A stretch of 64,000 bases of DNA from Myxococcota bacterium. Its GTDB lineage: Bacteria > Myxococcota_A > UBA796 > CAJQPC01. This document shows positions 47,915 through 57,833 of the stretch, piece after piece. Position 1 is the stretch's first letter; each line of letters starts with the position of its first letter. The notes beneath the pieces were generated by a model, which made no database searches, was not told the origin of the DNA, and worked only from the letters and a program-made list of their open reading frames with translations. A program made the position numbers and the translations under genes. The stretch covers positions 21,680 to 85,679 of the forward strand of contig JAZAMN010000021.1 in NCBI GenBank assembly GCA_036229005.1, given 5' to 3'.

Positions 47915-48637
47915 TCAGAGCAGGCTCATCCCGCCGTCGACGACCAGCACCTGGCCGGTGATCCAGCCCGCCTGGGGCATGGTGAGCAGCTCCACGGCGC
48001 CGGCCATGTCTTCGGGGGTGCCCAGGCGGTTCTCCAGGGGGGTGAGCTCCTTGGCCGTCGCGATGACCTTCTCGCCCTCCCAGAAGTGGTTCAGGGCGTC
48101 CGTGTCGATGAGGCCGCCGCAGACGGTGTTCACGCGGATCCCGCGGGGGGCGAGCTCGACGGCGAGCTGGCGCGTGAGGGCCTCGAGCCCACCCTTTGCC
48201 GCACCCATGGCCGCGTACCCGGGGACGAAGCTGCGGGAGCCCAGCGAGGACAGGCCGATGATGCTGCCGCCGCGGGGGATGCGCTCCAGGGCCAGCTTGG
48301 AGAGCAGCCAGAAGGGCCGCAGGCTGGACTCCAGGGTCAGGTCCCAGTGCGAGGTGCGCAGCTTGTCCATGGGCTTGAGCGCGCCGATGGCGGCGTTGTG
48401 CACCAGCACGTCGATGCGGTCCATGGCCTTGGCCAGGCGCTTGAGGTCGGCCTCGGAGCGCACGTTGCCCTGCACGACCACCGCCTCGGCGCCCTTGGCG
48501 CGGACCTCGTCGGCCACGGCCTGGGCGCGGTCTTCGTTCTGGAGGTAGTTGATCAGCACCTTGCCGCCCGGGCGGGCGAGCTGGAGGGCGATGGCGCGGC
48601 CGATGCCGCGAGAGGAGCCGGTGACGAGGACGTTCAT
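47915..48637 (-). CDS. SDR, FabL-like enoyl-ACP reductase
   Basis: TGSSRGIG, HNAA.G, SSLGS, Y-x6-K, ITGQVLVVDGG. Confidence 0.8.
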   Translation of the reverse strand: MNVLVTGSSRGIGRAIALQLARPGGKVLINYLQNEDRAQAVADEVRAKGAEAVVVQGNVRSEADLKRLAKAMDRIDVLVHNAAIGALKPMDKLRTSHWDLTLESSLRPFWLLSKLALERIPRGGSIIGLSSLGSRSFVPGYAAMGAAKGGLEALTRQLAVELAPRGIRVNTVCGGLIDTDALNHFWEGEKVIATAKELTPLENRLGTPEDMAGAVELLTMPQAGWITGQVLVVDGGMSLL

Positions 48638-48662
48638 GGGCGGCCTCTATCCAGTCAGGCGC

Positions 48663-50189
48663 TCAGAGGCCGCCGAAGCTGGCCCCCATCGAGAAGGTCA
48701 GGCGGACGCCCCCGGGCTTGGGCAGCGCGGCCAGCTCGGTGGCGTCCCCGCGGGTCAGCGCGTAGTCGCTGGTGGGGGTCCGGGTGGGTTCGTCGCTCAG
48801 GCGCAGCGCCCAGTGGAGCTCCGGGTGCGAGGGAGGGGGCGTCATGTCCAGGATCGACTCCTTGCCGGAGTAGAGCGGGAGGGAGCGCCGGAACTCCAGG
48901 TAGTAGCCGTGGACGCCGAGGGGGCCGAGGGGGCCCTTGGGAGCGACCTGGTACACCGCCTGGGCCTGCTGCTCCCCCCGCCACAGGGGAGTGGCGCTCT
49001 CATGCACCGTCGAGGTCTCCTGGGTGCGGACCCCGGCGCTCAGGTGCCAGGAGCGGATCTCGCGCTGGGTCCAGCGGTAGGACAGGCCCAGGCGCCACTC
49101 GGCGTAGCTCATGCTGCGGTAGTCCTGCTCGCCGGTGGTGGAGATCACGCTGAGGTCCCGGGCGGCGTGCAGGTAGAGGCGCTGGAAGCGCCAGTTCTCG
49201 GGGGCGTTGAGGCTGGGCAGGATGGCCCGCTCGGGGGTGAGCGCGACCCGCAGGTCCGCGGTGCGGCTCCAGGGGATGCCGAACCAGGTGGCCCCCAGGT
49301 CCGCGCTGTGGGAGCTGTCCACGAAGCTGACGGCGGCGGAGACCTGGACCCGGGGGGTGAAGCCCAGCCCCGCCCGGGGGCCGTCCACGGCGTCGAACTC
49401 GAAGACCTGGCCCTCGGTGGCGGCGTGCCAGCGCTCGATGCGCTCCACCTCGCTGTCGAGCTGGTCGATGGCGAGGGCGTGGTCTCTGGCGGTCAGCGCC
49501 ACCTCCTCCAGGCCCTCTGCGCGCTGGGCGGCCCAGCGCTCCGGCGCGGTGTTGAAGGCCTCCCGGGCGTCGCTGGACCACTCTGCGGCGAGGGCGGCCT
49601 GCAGGGCGTCGACGCCGGGGTAGAGGCTGAGGTCGGCGGCGTGGCAGGCCTCGGCGGCTGCCGGACAGCGCTGGAGCGTGCCGTCGGGGCTGATCTGGTC
49701 GATGCTGGCGAGCAGGCCCAGCAGCACCTCGGAGGCGCTCACCGGCTGTACACCGTGTGTGAGCGTCCCGATCTCCAGAGAGGTGAGCAGCACAGTGGCC
49801 CGCGCCCTCCGCCGCTTCGCACCCGCGGCCTCCGAGTCCCAGCTCTCCAGGAACTGCTGCTGCTTGCGCTCGATGTCGGCCTTGGGCTCCAGAACGGCGC
49901 GCTCCCGGTCGAGCTGTTCGCGCTGTCGCCGGTAGGCGTCCTCGTCGATCCAGTACTTGACGGTGCCGCCGCGGAGCTGGTCGGCCGGCAACACGTAGGC
50001 GCCTTGGGTGCGCGCGGCGGGGAGGGTGTGCACCTGGCCGCCGGCGAGCAGCGAGACGTTGACGGGCAGGGGCGGCGCGAGCACCAGCGTGCAGACGTGC
50101 TGGTTGTTGCAGCGGGCGCTGGCCGCGTATTCGTAGCCTGGGGGCCTGGCGTCCTGGGCCAGGAGGAGTGCGAGCGCGGCGTGGGTCAT
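48663..50189 (-). CDS. Hypothetical protein
   Basis: 508-aa ORF with GGAG RBS, co-oriented between murJ and the SDR. Confidence 0.65.
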   Translation of the reverse strand: MTHAALALLLAQDARPPGYEYAASARCNNQHVCTLVLAPPLPVNVSLLAGGQVHTLPAARTQGAYVLPADQLRGGTVKYWIDEDAYRRQREQLDRERAVLEPKADIERKQQQFLESWDSEAAGAKRRRARATVLLTSLEIGTLTHGVQPVSASEVLLGLLASIDQISPDGTLQRCPAAAEACHAADLSLYPGVDALQAALAAEWSSDAREAFNTAPERWAAQRAEGLEEVALTARDHALAIDQLDSEVERIERWHAATEGQVFEFDAVDGPRAGLGFTPRVQVSAAVSFVDSSHSADLGATWFGIPWSRTADLRVALTPERAILPSLNAPENWRFQRLYLHAARDLSVISTTGEQDYRSMSYAEWRLGLSYRWTQREIRSWHLSAGVRTQETSTVHESATPLWRGEQQAQAVYQVAPKGPLGPLGVHGYYLEFRRSLPLYSGKESILDMTPPPSHPELHWALRLSDEPTRTPTSDYALTRGDATELAALPKPGGVRLTFSMGASFGGL

Positions 50190-50219
50190 GTCTCCCCCTG
50201 AGTCTGCGGGGAGACTACC

Positions 50220-51767
50220 TCAGGCCCGGCCCAGCTTGCGCGCGACCTTGCCCCAGAGGATGCCGGCGGTCTCGCGGACCTCGGGCACGCCGAAGAGGTG
50301 GCCCAGGGCGAGGGTGAGGGTCATGGCCACCGAGCCGGTGATGGCGCCCTGGAGGAGGGCGGGGAGGGAGAGGACCTGGTCGATTCCGTAGCCGGCGGCG
50401 ATGCCGAGGAGCACCGCGGGGACCATCCGGATGACGAGGGTCCAGAGCGCAGGCGCGTCTGCGCCCGCCATCGAGCGGCGCAGGAGGATGGCCAGGAGGA
50501 TGGTGTAGAGGGTGATGGCGATGGAGGAGGCGATGGCGATGCCGTTGCCGCCCAGCTCGCGGAAGAGGAACCAGTACAGGGGGTAGCAGACCAGAACGAC
50601 GGCTGAGCCCAGGAAGCTGGGCACCCAGGTCTTCTGCTGGGCGTAGAAGCCGCGGGCCAGCAGGTTGTTGGCGGCCCAGCCCCCCAAACCCAGGCAGTAG
50701 AGGCCGGTGTAGAGCCCGATCTGGTCGAGGACCGGCTGCGGGAAGCGCTCGGTTCCCCAGATCACCTCCGCGACCTGGGAGGCCGCCACAGTGAAGGCGG
50801 CCTGGGTGGCGAAAGCGAGGACCAGCATCTGCCGGCCGGAGTGGATCAGCGTCTCGTAGGCCTGGTGCGGTTTCCCGGCGCTCACGAGGCGGGTCAGAGT
50901 GGGGAAGGCGGCCGAGGCCACCGCCAGGCCAAAGACCCCCATGGGCACCTTCATCAAGGTCTTGCCGTAGCCGAGCTGGGCGATGAGACCGTCGTCGCCG
51001 GAGGCGAAGTGACCCGAGAGGATGTCGTCAAAGAAGACGACGGAGAAGGCCAGCATGATGGGGAAGGTCAGCCAGAGGTAGCGCCGCAGGTCGGGGTGGG
51101 TGAAGTCCCACCTGGGGCGGAACTTGAGGCCTTCGCGCAGGCACCCGATCAGCGGGAGCCCGAAGGGCCCCAAGATGGAGCCCACCAGCACACCCCACAA
51201 GAAGGCTTCGGGTCCCATGCTGGGCCCCAGCACCGCGCCAAAGAGGATGATCCCGCCCGCGTAGCCCAGGTTCGCGAAGGCCGGCAGCATGTGCTTGTCG
51301 CGGGCCTGGAGCACCGCGGACAGCAGGCCTCCCAGGACGTGGAATGCCTGCGCCGGGAGGGCGATGCGGGTGACCCGGATCCAGGAGTCCAGCTTGTCGC
51401 CCTGGAACTCAGGGACGACGACCGCCGCCAGCGCCGGGACAGCCAGCATGAACAGCGGGATGAGGACCGCCAGGGCCGTCCCCAGGGTCGTCGCCAGGGT
51501 GGAGAAGAGCCGCCAGCCGCCGGCTTCGTCGTCTTCTCTCAGGTAGCGGGCGTACATGGGGATGAAGACCATGCTGACCGCGCCACCCGCCAGGAGATAG
51601 CCCAGGAAGTTGGGGAGGTAGAAGGCGGATTGGTAGATGTCGGCTTCGGGCCCACTCCCCAGAACCCGGCCGACCACAGCCTCGCGCACGACGCCAACGA
51701 CCCGGCTGAGCAGCATGCTGGCACCCCAGATGACCGCCGCGATGCCGATTGTGCGCTTCTCGTTCAC
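50220..51767 (-). CDS. murJ: Lipid II flippase MurJ
   Basis: SRVVGVVRE, AF.LPN, P.GVFG, FP.L, RGFYA; many TM segments. Confidence 0.88.
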   Translation of the reverse strand: MNEKRTIGIAAVIWGASMLLSRVVGVVREAVVGRVLGSGPEADIYQSAFYLPNFLGYLLAGGAVSMVFIPMYARYLREDDEAGGWRLFSTLATTLGTALAVLIPLFMLAVPALAAVVVPEFQGDKLDSWIRVTRIALPAQAFHVLGGLLSAVLQARDKHMLPAFANLGYAGGIILFGAVLGPSMGPEAFLWGVLVGSILGPFGLPLIGCLREGLKFRPRWDFTHPDLRRYLWLTFPIMLAFSVVFFDDILSGHFASGDDGLIAQLGYGKTLMKVPMGVFGLAVASAAFPTLTRLVSAGKPHQAYETLIHSGRQMLVLAFATQAAFTVAASQVAEVIWGTERFPQPVLDQIGLYTGLYCLGLGGWAANNLLARGFYAQQKTWVPSFLGSAVVLVCYPLYWFLFRELGGNGIAIASSIAITLYTILLAILLRRSMAGADAPALWTLVIRMVPAVLLGIAAGYGIDQVLSLPALLQGAITGSVAMTLTLALGHLFGVPEVRETAGILWGKVARKLGRA

Positions 51768-52504
51768 TGCAGACACCCGCACTCCGAGGTCTCCGGGAAG
51801 AAGAATGCGTCTTCGATGACCACGCTGTCAGGCGCGTCCTTCCAGCGGAGCCAGGGGTCCTCTATTGCAGCGACCGGCGGTCCGCCTTCGGGAGTCCCGT
51901 CTTCGGGGTCGAACCAGATGTGCAGGTCCCAGACCCGGCCATGCCGGACACGGAACAGGCGCTTGTCCAGGTCGTGGTGCTCGATGATGCTGCAGTCGTC
52001 GAGCGTGTAGTCGAGGTCCGATTGCGTCACGATGTCCATCCCCCCGTCCTGTCCGGGGAACACCCGGTGGTAGCCCGCCTCGTGGACGAAGAACTCGGCC
52101 GGGTCTACGCAGCCCAGCGAGGGCTGATTGCAAGGGAAGTAGTCGTAGTGGTAGCCCACGCCGATCAGCGGCCAGGTGTCCCGGGGGCCCTCGGTCTGGT
52201 CGAAGAAGAGCAGGCTGGGGTAGCGGGGGTTCTCGCCGGCGAACAGGTCGTGGGGCTGCTCGATGCCAAAGCCGCCGGCGCTGCCCAGGTTCAGGGGCCC
52301 GTCGAAGTTCACGACCGTGACCCCCATGCCGTCCACGCTGACCTCGCGGTGGGTGAGCTGCCAGACGCACTCGGGGTCGCGCGGGTCGTCCAGGGCGTCG
52401 CCCAGGGTGGGCCAGCGGGTCTTCACGGGCAGCAGGGCCTCGTCGATGGTCTCCATGCAGTCGGGTGCGGGGCAGCCCAGGAGCGTGGCGGTGAGCAGCA
52501 GCAT
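51764..52504 (-). CDS. Uncharacterised lipoprotein
   Basis: LLGC lipobox; HEAGYH and WDLHIW motifs. Confidence 0.7.
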   Translation of the reverse strand: MLLLTATLLGCPAPDCMETIDEALLPVKTRWPTLGDALDDPRDPECVWQLTHREVSVDGMGVTVVNFDGPLNLGSAGGFGIEQPHDLFAGENPRYPSLLFFDQTEGPRDTWPLIGVGYHYDYFPCNQPSLGCVDPAEFFVHEAGYHRVFPGQDGGMDIVTQSDLDYTLDDCSIIEHHDLDKRLFRVRHGRVWDLHIWFDPEDGTPEGGPPVAAIEDPWLRWKDAPDSVVIEDAFFFPETSECGCLQ

Positions 52505-52566
52505 CTGCGAGGGCTATCCCGTTCACCTCCTTCTCCCTCCGCCGGATGTGCCTATAGGATGGCCCC

Positions 52567-53769
52567 ATGAGCGCGAGCTTCCTCTTTGCGGTGCTGTCCT
52601 GGACCGGCCTTGCGGCGGTGATGGTGCGCGCGTTCTTGGCCCACGGGCCCCGCATCGCGATGGCGCTGGGCTTTGTCTTTGGCGTCGGGCTCAGCAGCGC
52701 CGTGGTGCTCTTTGACGCCCTGGGACCCCTGGCCTGGGCGCTCTTTGCGCTGATGCCGATGTCCCTGCTCTATGGGGCCTCGGTCGCCCGCGCCCGCATG
52801 CGCTCCCGATGGTTCCGCCTGCTCGTGACCTTGCCCGGCTCCGCGTTCGCCGCCGGAAGCTGGCTGGCCGCGCCCTGGGCCCTGCTCACCCTGCTGGGCT
52901 TTGACGTCTGGGCCCCCTGGCTGCCCTTCGCCTTGGCCGCCATCGGCACCTGGCGCTCCCTGCGCTTCTCGGTCGAAGAGCACGATCTGGTCCTGGATGG
53001 CCGCCCCGTCGACGGCCTGCGCCCCATCCGACACGGGGCCGCGCGCACCAGCCGTCCGCTGCGGGTCGTGCAGATCACCGACCCCCACCTGGGCCCCTTC
53101 ATGTCGGTCGCTCGGTTGAGGGCGGCCTGTGAGCGCGCGATCGCTCGGGATCCCGACCTAATCCTGCTGACCGGTGACTACCTCACCTATGAATCCAACG
53201 GCATGGACGAGGTGCTGGAGTCCGCGCTCGCCCCTCTGGCCCAGCTCCCGGGCCGGGTCTTTGCCATCCGCGGCAACCACGACCTGGAGGTCCCCGAGCA
53301 GGTGGCCGCCGCCATGCAGACCGTGGGCATCCGCCTGCTGATCGACGAGGCGGAGGTGGTCGAGACGGCCGCTGGCCCCGTCCAGATCCTGGGCATCGAC
53401 CACCGCTGGCGGGACCGGCGGGAGCACATCCAGCAGGTCTGCGCCGCGTGGCCCCACCTCCCGGACACCCTGCGGCTCGTGCTGCTCCACGATCCCGCCG
53501 GCTTCGAGGACATCCCGCCCGGGGAGGCCGACCTGGTGCTCTCAGGCCACACCCACGGCGGGCAGGTGGGGTTGCTGGATCTGGGGCTCTCGTGGACCGT
53601 GCTGCGGAGCTTCGGCATCCCCGACCACGGCTTCTGGGGGCGGGGGCGCGAGCGGCTCTACGTGCACCGGGGGACCGGTCACTACGGCTTCCCCGTCCGG
53701 GTGGGCGTTCCGCCCGAAGAGTCGCTGCTGCGGATCCACCGCCCCGCAGCCCAAGGCGGGGCGCGATAG
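52567..53769 (+). CDS. Membrane-anchored metallophosphoesterase
   Basis: DPH, TGD, GNHD, LLHDP, SGHTHGGQ. Confidence 0.92.
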   Translation: MSASFLFAVLSWTGLAAVMVRAFLAHGPRIAMALGFVFGVGLSSAVVLFDALGPLAWALFALMPMSLLYGASVARARMRSRWFRLLVTLPGSAFAAGSWLAAPWALLTLLGFDVWAPWLPFALAAIGTWRSLRFSVEEHDLVLDGRPVDGLRPIRHGAARTSRPLRVVQITDPHLGPFMSVARLRAACERAIARDPDLILLTGDYLTYESNGMDEVLESALAPLAQLPGRVFAIRGNHDLEVPEQVAAAMQTVGIRLLIDEAEVVETAAGPVQILGIDHRWRDRREHIQQVCAAWPHLPDTLRLVLLHDPAGFEDIPPGEADLVLSGHTHGGQVGLLDLGLSWTVLRSFGIPDHGFWGRGRERLYVHRGTGHYGFPVRVGVPPEESLLRIHRPAAQGGAR

Positions 53770-53793
53770 ACTGCCCCAGATGGAGGAGTCTGG

Positions 53794-54876
53794 ATGGAGC
53801 GCGATCTCTCGCAAGACCTCAAAGTAGGCATCTTTGTCTTCTTCTCGGTCTTCGTCCTTGGCCTGATCATGTTCGTGCTGGGCGAAGGCAGCGAGCTGCT
53901 CGAGGAGCAGTACAAGCTCAACGCCTCCTTCGACGATGTCGGCGGCCTGCGTGATGGCGCCGCGGTGCGCCTGGCTGGCATCGACGTGGGCGAGGTCTCG
54001 GTGGTGCGCATGTCGGAAGACGACGGCGTGAAGCCCATCTTTGTGGAGCTGACCCTCAAGGCCGAGTTCCAGTCCCGCATCCGCGAGGACTCGGTGGCCC
54101 GCATCGACACCGAGGGCGTGCTGGGCGACAAGTACGTCGCGATCTCCGTGGGCTCCAACGACACCCCTGAGCTGGACGACGGCGCCTGGCTCAAGGTCCA
54201 GGAGTCCAAGGCCCTGGTCGAGTACCAGAAGCAGGCCAACGAGATCCTGGCCCAGCTCGAGGAGATCTCCCAGAAGGTCAACCTCTCGCTGGGAGAGGAC
54301 GACGAGGCGCGGGCCGCGTCGGTCGCGAACATCATCTCGGACGTCGAGCAGATCACCAGCGAGGCGGAGAACGGCGACGGCCTGATCCACGCCCTGGTCT
54401 ATGACAAGAAGCTCACCCGAAAGCTCAACCACATCGCCACCAACCTGGAGGGCGGGAGCGAGGACGTCGCGGTCATGACCAAGGAGCTCCGGGAGGGCGA
54501 CTCCATCGCCCACGAGCTGCTGATGGGCGACGGCGGCGAGGAGCTGGCCACCCAGCTCAACGAGACCGCCAAGGCCATGGAGACGCTGATCGCGGACCTG
54601 GAGAACGAGGACTCGGTGGTCCACGCGCTGCTCTACGACGCCGACAAGGCGCAGATGGTCGAGGACCTCCAGGTCACCGCCGCCAACCTGCGCGCGGTCT
54701 CCGAGGGCATCGAGGACGGCGACGGCACCGTGGGCGCCCTGCTCCAGGATCCCGAGCTCTACTACGACCTGCAGGCCCTGGTGGGCGGCGCCCAGCGCAA
54801 CAAGCTGCTCAAGTACTACGTCCGCAAGACGGTCGAAGAGGTCGAGGAAGAGCAGGCCTCCGCCTTCGAGGAGTAG
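53794..54876 (+). CDS. MCE/MlaD-family protein with long helical tail
   Basis: KVGIFV TM, GLRDGAAVRLAGIDVGEV, GVLGDKYV, GTVGALL. Confidence 0.92.
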   Translation: MERDLSQDLKVGIFVFFSVFVLGLIMFVLGEGSELLEEQYKLNASFDDVGGLRDGAAVRLAGIDVGEVSVVRMSEDDGVKPIFVELTLKAEFQSRIREDSVARIDTEGVLGDKYVAISVGSNDTPELDDGAWLKVQESKALVEYQKQANEILAQLEEISQKVNLSLGEDDEARAASVANIISDVEQITSEAENGDGLIHALVYDKKLTRKLNHIATNLEGGSEDVAVMTKELREGDSIAHELLMGDGGEELATQLNETAKAMETLIADLENEDSVVHALLYDADKAQMVEDLQVTAANLRAVSEGIEDGDGTVGALLQDPELYYDLQALVGGAQRNKLLKYYVRKTVEEVEEEQASAFEE

Positions 54877-56589
54877 GTGGCCCGAGCCCCCGGCGCGCGC
54901 CCCTGGCAGCTCCTCGCACCTCGCGGGACCGGGCTGCTGAACCGGTGGCGCAAGGCCAGCCGGCAGGAGAAGGTGGGCTACGCGGTGTTCGGGGGGTTTG
55001 CGCTCCTCTTCTGGGCCTTCCTCTTTGGCGGGCTGATCGTCGTGGTGGACCAGTTCTACCAGGTCGAGGTCTTTGGGCCGCTGATCACCCGCAAGCTCCT
55101 GGAGCTGCTGGTGCTGGCGCTCTTCGGGATGCTCTGCTTCTCGAACGTGGTGACCTCGCTCTCGAGCTTCTACCTCTCCGAGGATCTGGAGCTGCTGCTG
55201 TCCCTGCCGGTGAGCCCAAGGGTGTTCTTCAACACGCGCCTGCTCGACACCCTGGCCCAGTCGAGCTGGATGATGGGCATGTTCGGCCTGCCGGTCTTCC
55301 TGGCCTTTGGGTTCGCCGCGAGCGCCGGCTGGGCCTACTACGCCAGCCTGCTGGTGGTGGTGCCGGCCTTCCTGCTGATCCCGTCTTCGCTGGGGGCGAT
55401 CGTCGCCAGCCTGCTGGTCACCGGGGTGTCCGCGCGGCGGGCCCGCGAGGCGCTGGCGGTGGTGGGTGTGCTCTTCCTGGTCGCGGTGTTCATGCTGCTG
55501 CGCCTGATGCAGCCCGAGCGCCTGATGAACGCCCAGGACTTCGAGTCCATCGCCGCCTACGTGGCCACCCTGCAGAACCCCATGCCGCTGCTGTTCCCGC
55601 CGCGCTGGGCCGCGAGCGTGCTGGGGGCGAGCATGCAGGGGCGGCCCTACCCCTGGATGGAGCTGGGGCTGCTGCTGGCCGGCGCCGTGGGCTTTGGCGG
55701 GGTCTCCCGCTGGATCACGACCTGGCTCTTCCCGGACGGCTGGACCCGCGCCCAGGAGGCCAACCGGGCCCGGCTCTCCCGGAACACGCTGTTCGACCGC
55801 TTCCTGCAGGCCATCACGCGTCCGCTGTCGCGCCCCATGGCCGCGGTGATCGTCAAGGACGCCAAGAGCTTCGTCCGAGACCCCAGCCAGTGGTCGCAGA
55901 TCTTCCTGTTGGCCTCGCTGATCGCGATCTACCTGTTCTCGGTCCAGGCGCTGCCGATCGACGTGGTGGGCGCCGGCTACATGCAGGACGCCAAGAACGC
56001 GCTCGCCTACCTGAACCTGGGCATGGCCGGCTTCGTGATGGCCGCGATCGCCGTGCGCTTCCAGTACGCGCAGATCTCCGGCGAGGGCCGCGCCTTCTGG
56101 ATGCTGCGCACCGCCCCGATCGACCCCGAGCGCTACCTGTGGGCCAAGGCCCTGCCCGGCCTGGTGCCGATGCTGGTGGTCGGCGGCGCCATCACCATGG
56201 CCACCAACGCCATCCTGAACAGCCCGACCATGCTCTTTGTGGTCAGCGGGCTCACGGCGGTGGGCTTCGCGTTCGGGATCTCCGGGATCGCCGTGGGCAT
56301 GGGCGCGACCTACCCCGACTTCAAGGCCGACAACGTGGCCCGCGCGGCCTCCGGGCCCGGCGCCATCGTGTTCATGGTGGCCTCTCTTGGGCTGGTGTTC
56401 GCGGTGGTCGCGGCGCTGGGGGTGCCGGTCTACTTCATCCTGCTCCAGGACCGCTCCGGCGGGAGCCTGCTGCCCCACCAGTGGGCGCTCACGGCGGGCT
56501 TCGGTCTGCTGGCCGCCGGCTTCTGCGCCCTGGCCACGGTGATCCCGGTGCGCCGCGCCGCCCCTGGATTATGGGCGCGCAACCTGTGA
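54877..56589 (+). CDS. Putative ABC-exporter-type permease, multi-TM
   Basis: DLELLLSLP, KD...F.RDP.QW, EGRAFW.LR.AP. Confidence 0.8.
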   Translation: MARAPGARPWQLLAPRGTGLLNRWRKASRQEKVGYAVFGGFALLFWAFLFGGLIVVVDQFYQVEVFGPLITRKLLELLVLALFGMLCFSNVVTSLSSFYLSEDLELLLSLPVSPRVFFNTRLLDTLAQSSWMMGMFGLPVFLAFGFAASAGWAYYASLLVVVPAFLLIPSSLGAIVASLLVTGVSARRAREALAVVGVLFLVAVFMLLRLMQPERLMNAQDFESIAAYVATLQNPMPLLFPPRWAASVLGASMQGRPYPWMELGLLLAGAVGFGGVSRWITTWLFPDGWTRAQEANRARLSRNTLFDRFLQAITRPLSRPMAAVIVKDAKSFVRDPSQWSQIFLLASLIAIYLFSVQALPIDVVGAGYMQDAKNALAYLNLGMAGFVMAAIAVRFQYAQISGEGRAFWMLRTAPIDPERYLWAKALPGLVPMLVVGGAITMATNAILNSPTMLFVVSGLTAVGFAFGISGIAVGMGATYPDFKADNVARAASGPGAIVFMVASLGLVFAVVAALGVPVYFILLQDRSGGSLLPHQWALTAGFGLLAAGFCALATVIPVRRAAPGLWARNL

Positions 56590-57833
56590 TCCTGCTCGGA
56601 GTCCTGTCCCTGTCCGGCTGCCCCAAGCCCGCCCCCGTGGCGCCCGCCGCTGAGCCCGCCGCCGCGCCAGCCCCCCGCCTGCACCACCGCGCCCGGAACG
56701 CCTACGTGCGCGCCCAGCTCGCCCTGGCCGACGGAGATCTGGAGGCCGCCGCCCAGCACCTGCAGCGCGCCATGGTGTTCGATCCCGGCAGCCCGCGCCT
56801 GGCCACCGAGATGGGGGAGGTCCGCTTCCGGCAGGGCAAGTGGGAGGCCGCTGAGCTGGCCCTGGAGCGCGCCCTGGAGCTGGGAGGGGGAGACCCCGCG
56901 CGCTTGGTCCTGTGTCGCGTGCAGGTCGCCCAGGGCAAGCCCGCGTTGGCGCTGCACGACTTCTCCAGCCAGAGCTGGCGTTGGGCGAGCTGCGCGCTCC
57001 TGGCCCAGCCCGACTCCGACCCCGAGCCGCTGCTCCAGGCCTTCGGGGAGGGGATGCGGGAGCCTTGGGTGGACCCGGAGCTCCGGTACACCGCTCTGGC
57101 CTATGCGACCCAGCACCAACGCTACGCGACGGCTCTGTCCTGGGTCGAGGACAGGCTGGCCCAGGACCCCTGGAGCGTCGACTGGCTGTGGACCAAGGCC
57201 GATCTGGCGCGGGACCGCCACCCCGCAGCCCACCGCGCGGCCCTGACCCAGCTCGACAACCTGGGGCAGCCGGTGCTGCTGGAGCTGGCGGAGGCCTGGG
57301 CGGAGGCGGGCGGTCGCACCTCGCTGGTGCCCAGGTTGCAGGAGCCGTACCGGAGCCAACAGCTCCTGGCGTTGGGCCAAGATGCGCCGCTGTGCCGGGA
57401 TCCCGCTTCGGCCCCCTGCGGACTCTCGGCGCGCTGTCTGGTGTCTCAAGGCCAGCACCACGCCGCCGCGGAGGCCATCTTGCAGTGCACCGAGCTCCCT
57501 CTGGAGCGCCGTCAGGAGCTCGCCCTGGAGTGGGAGCCGGAGCTGTGGCCCACGCTGCGCAGGAGCACACCGCGCTCACCTGTGGTCCTGCGTACAGGCG
57601 CTCTGGCCGCTCTGGACGCCGGCGAGGTCAACGCGGCCCTGTCCATGGCTCGGGGGCTGCCGGAACAGGACCCTTGGCGCCCTGGACTGGAGGCGATGGC
57701 CCTGGCGGCCGCCGGTCAGCCCGACCCCGAGCTCGCGCGCCTGGGACACGAGCGACTCCCCGGAGTGTCTCTGTTCTTGCCAGCGGCGGGGGCCCCCCAT
57801 TATCCGGACAGCGCCGCCGTGGAGCTCCCTTGA
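56586..57833 (+). CDS. TPR lipoprotein
   Basis: LSGC lipobox; TPR helices. Confidence 0.7.
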   Translation: MILLGVLSLSGCPKPAPVAPAAEPAAAPAPRLHHRARNAYVRAQLALADGDLEAAAQHLQRAMVFDPGSPRLATEMGEVRFRQGKWEAAELALERALELGGGDPARLVLCRVQVAQGKPALALHDFSSQSWRWASCALLAQPDSDPEPLLQAFGEGMREPWVDPELRYTALAYATQHQRYATALSWVEDRLAQDPWSVDWLWTKADLARDRHPAAHRAALTQLDNLGQPVLLELAEAWAEAGGRTSLVPRLQEPYRSQQLLALGQDAPLCRDPASAPCGLSARCLVSQGQHHAAAEAILQCTELPLERRQELALEWEPELWPTLRRSTPRSPVVLRTGALAALDAGEVNAALSMARGLPEQDPWRPGLEAMALAAAGQPDPELARLGHERLPGVSLFLPAAGAPHYPDSAAVELP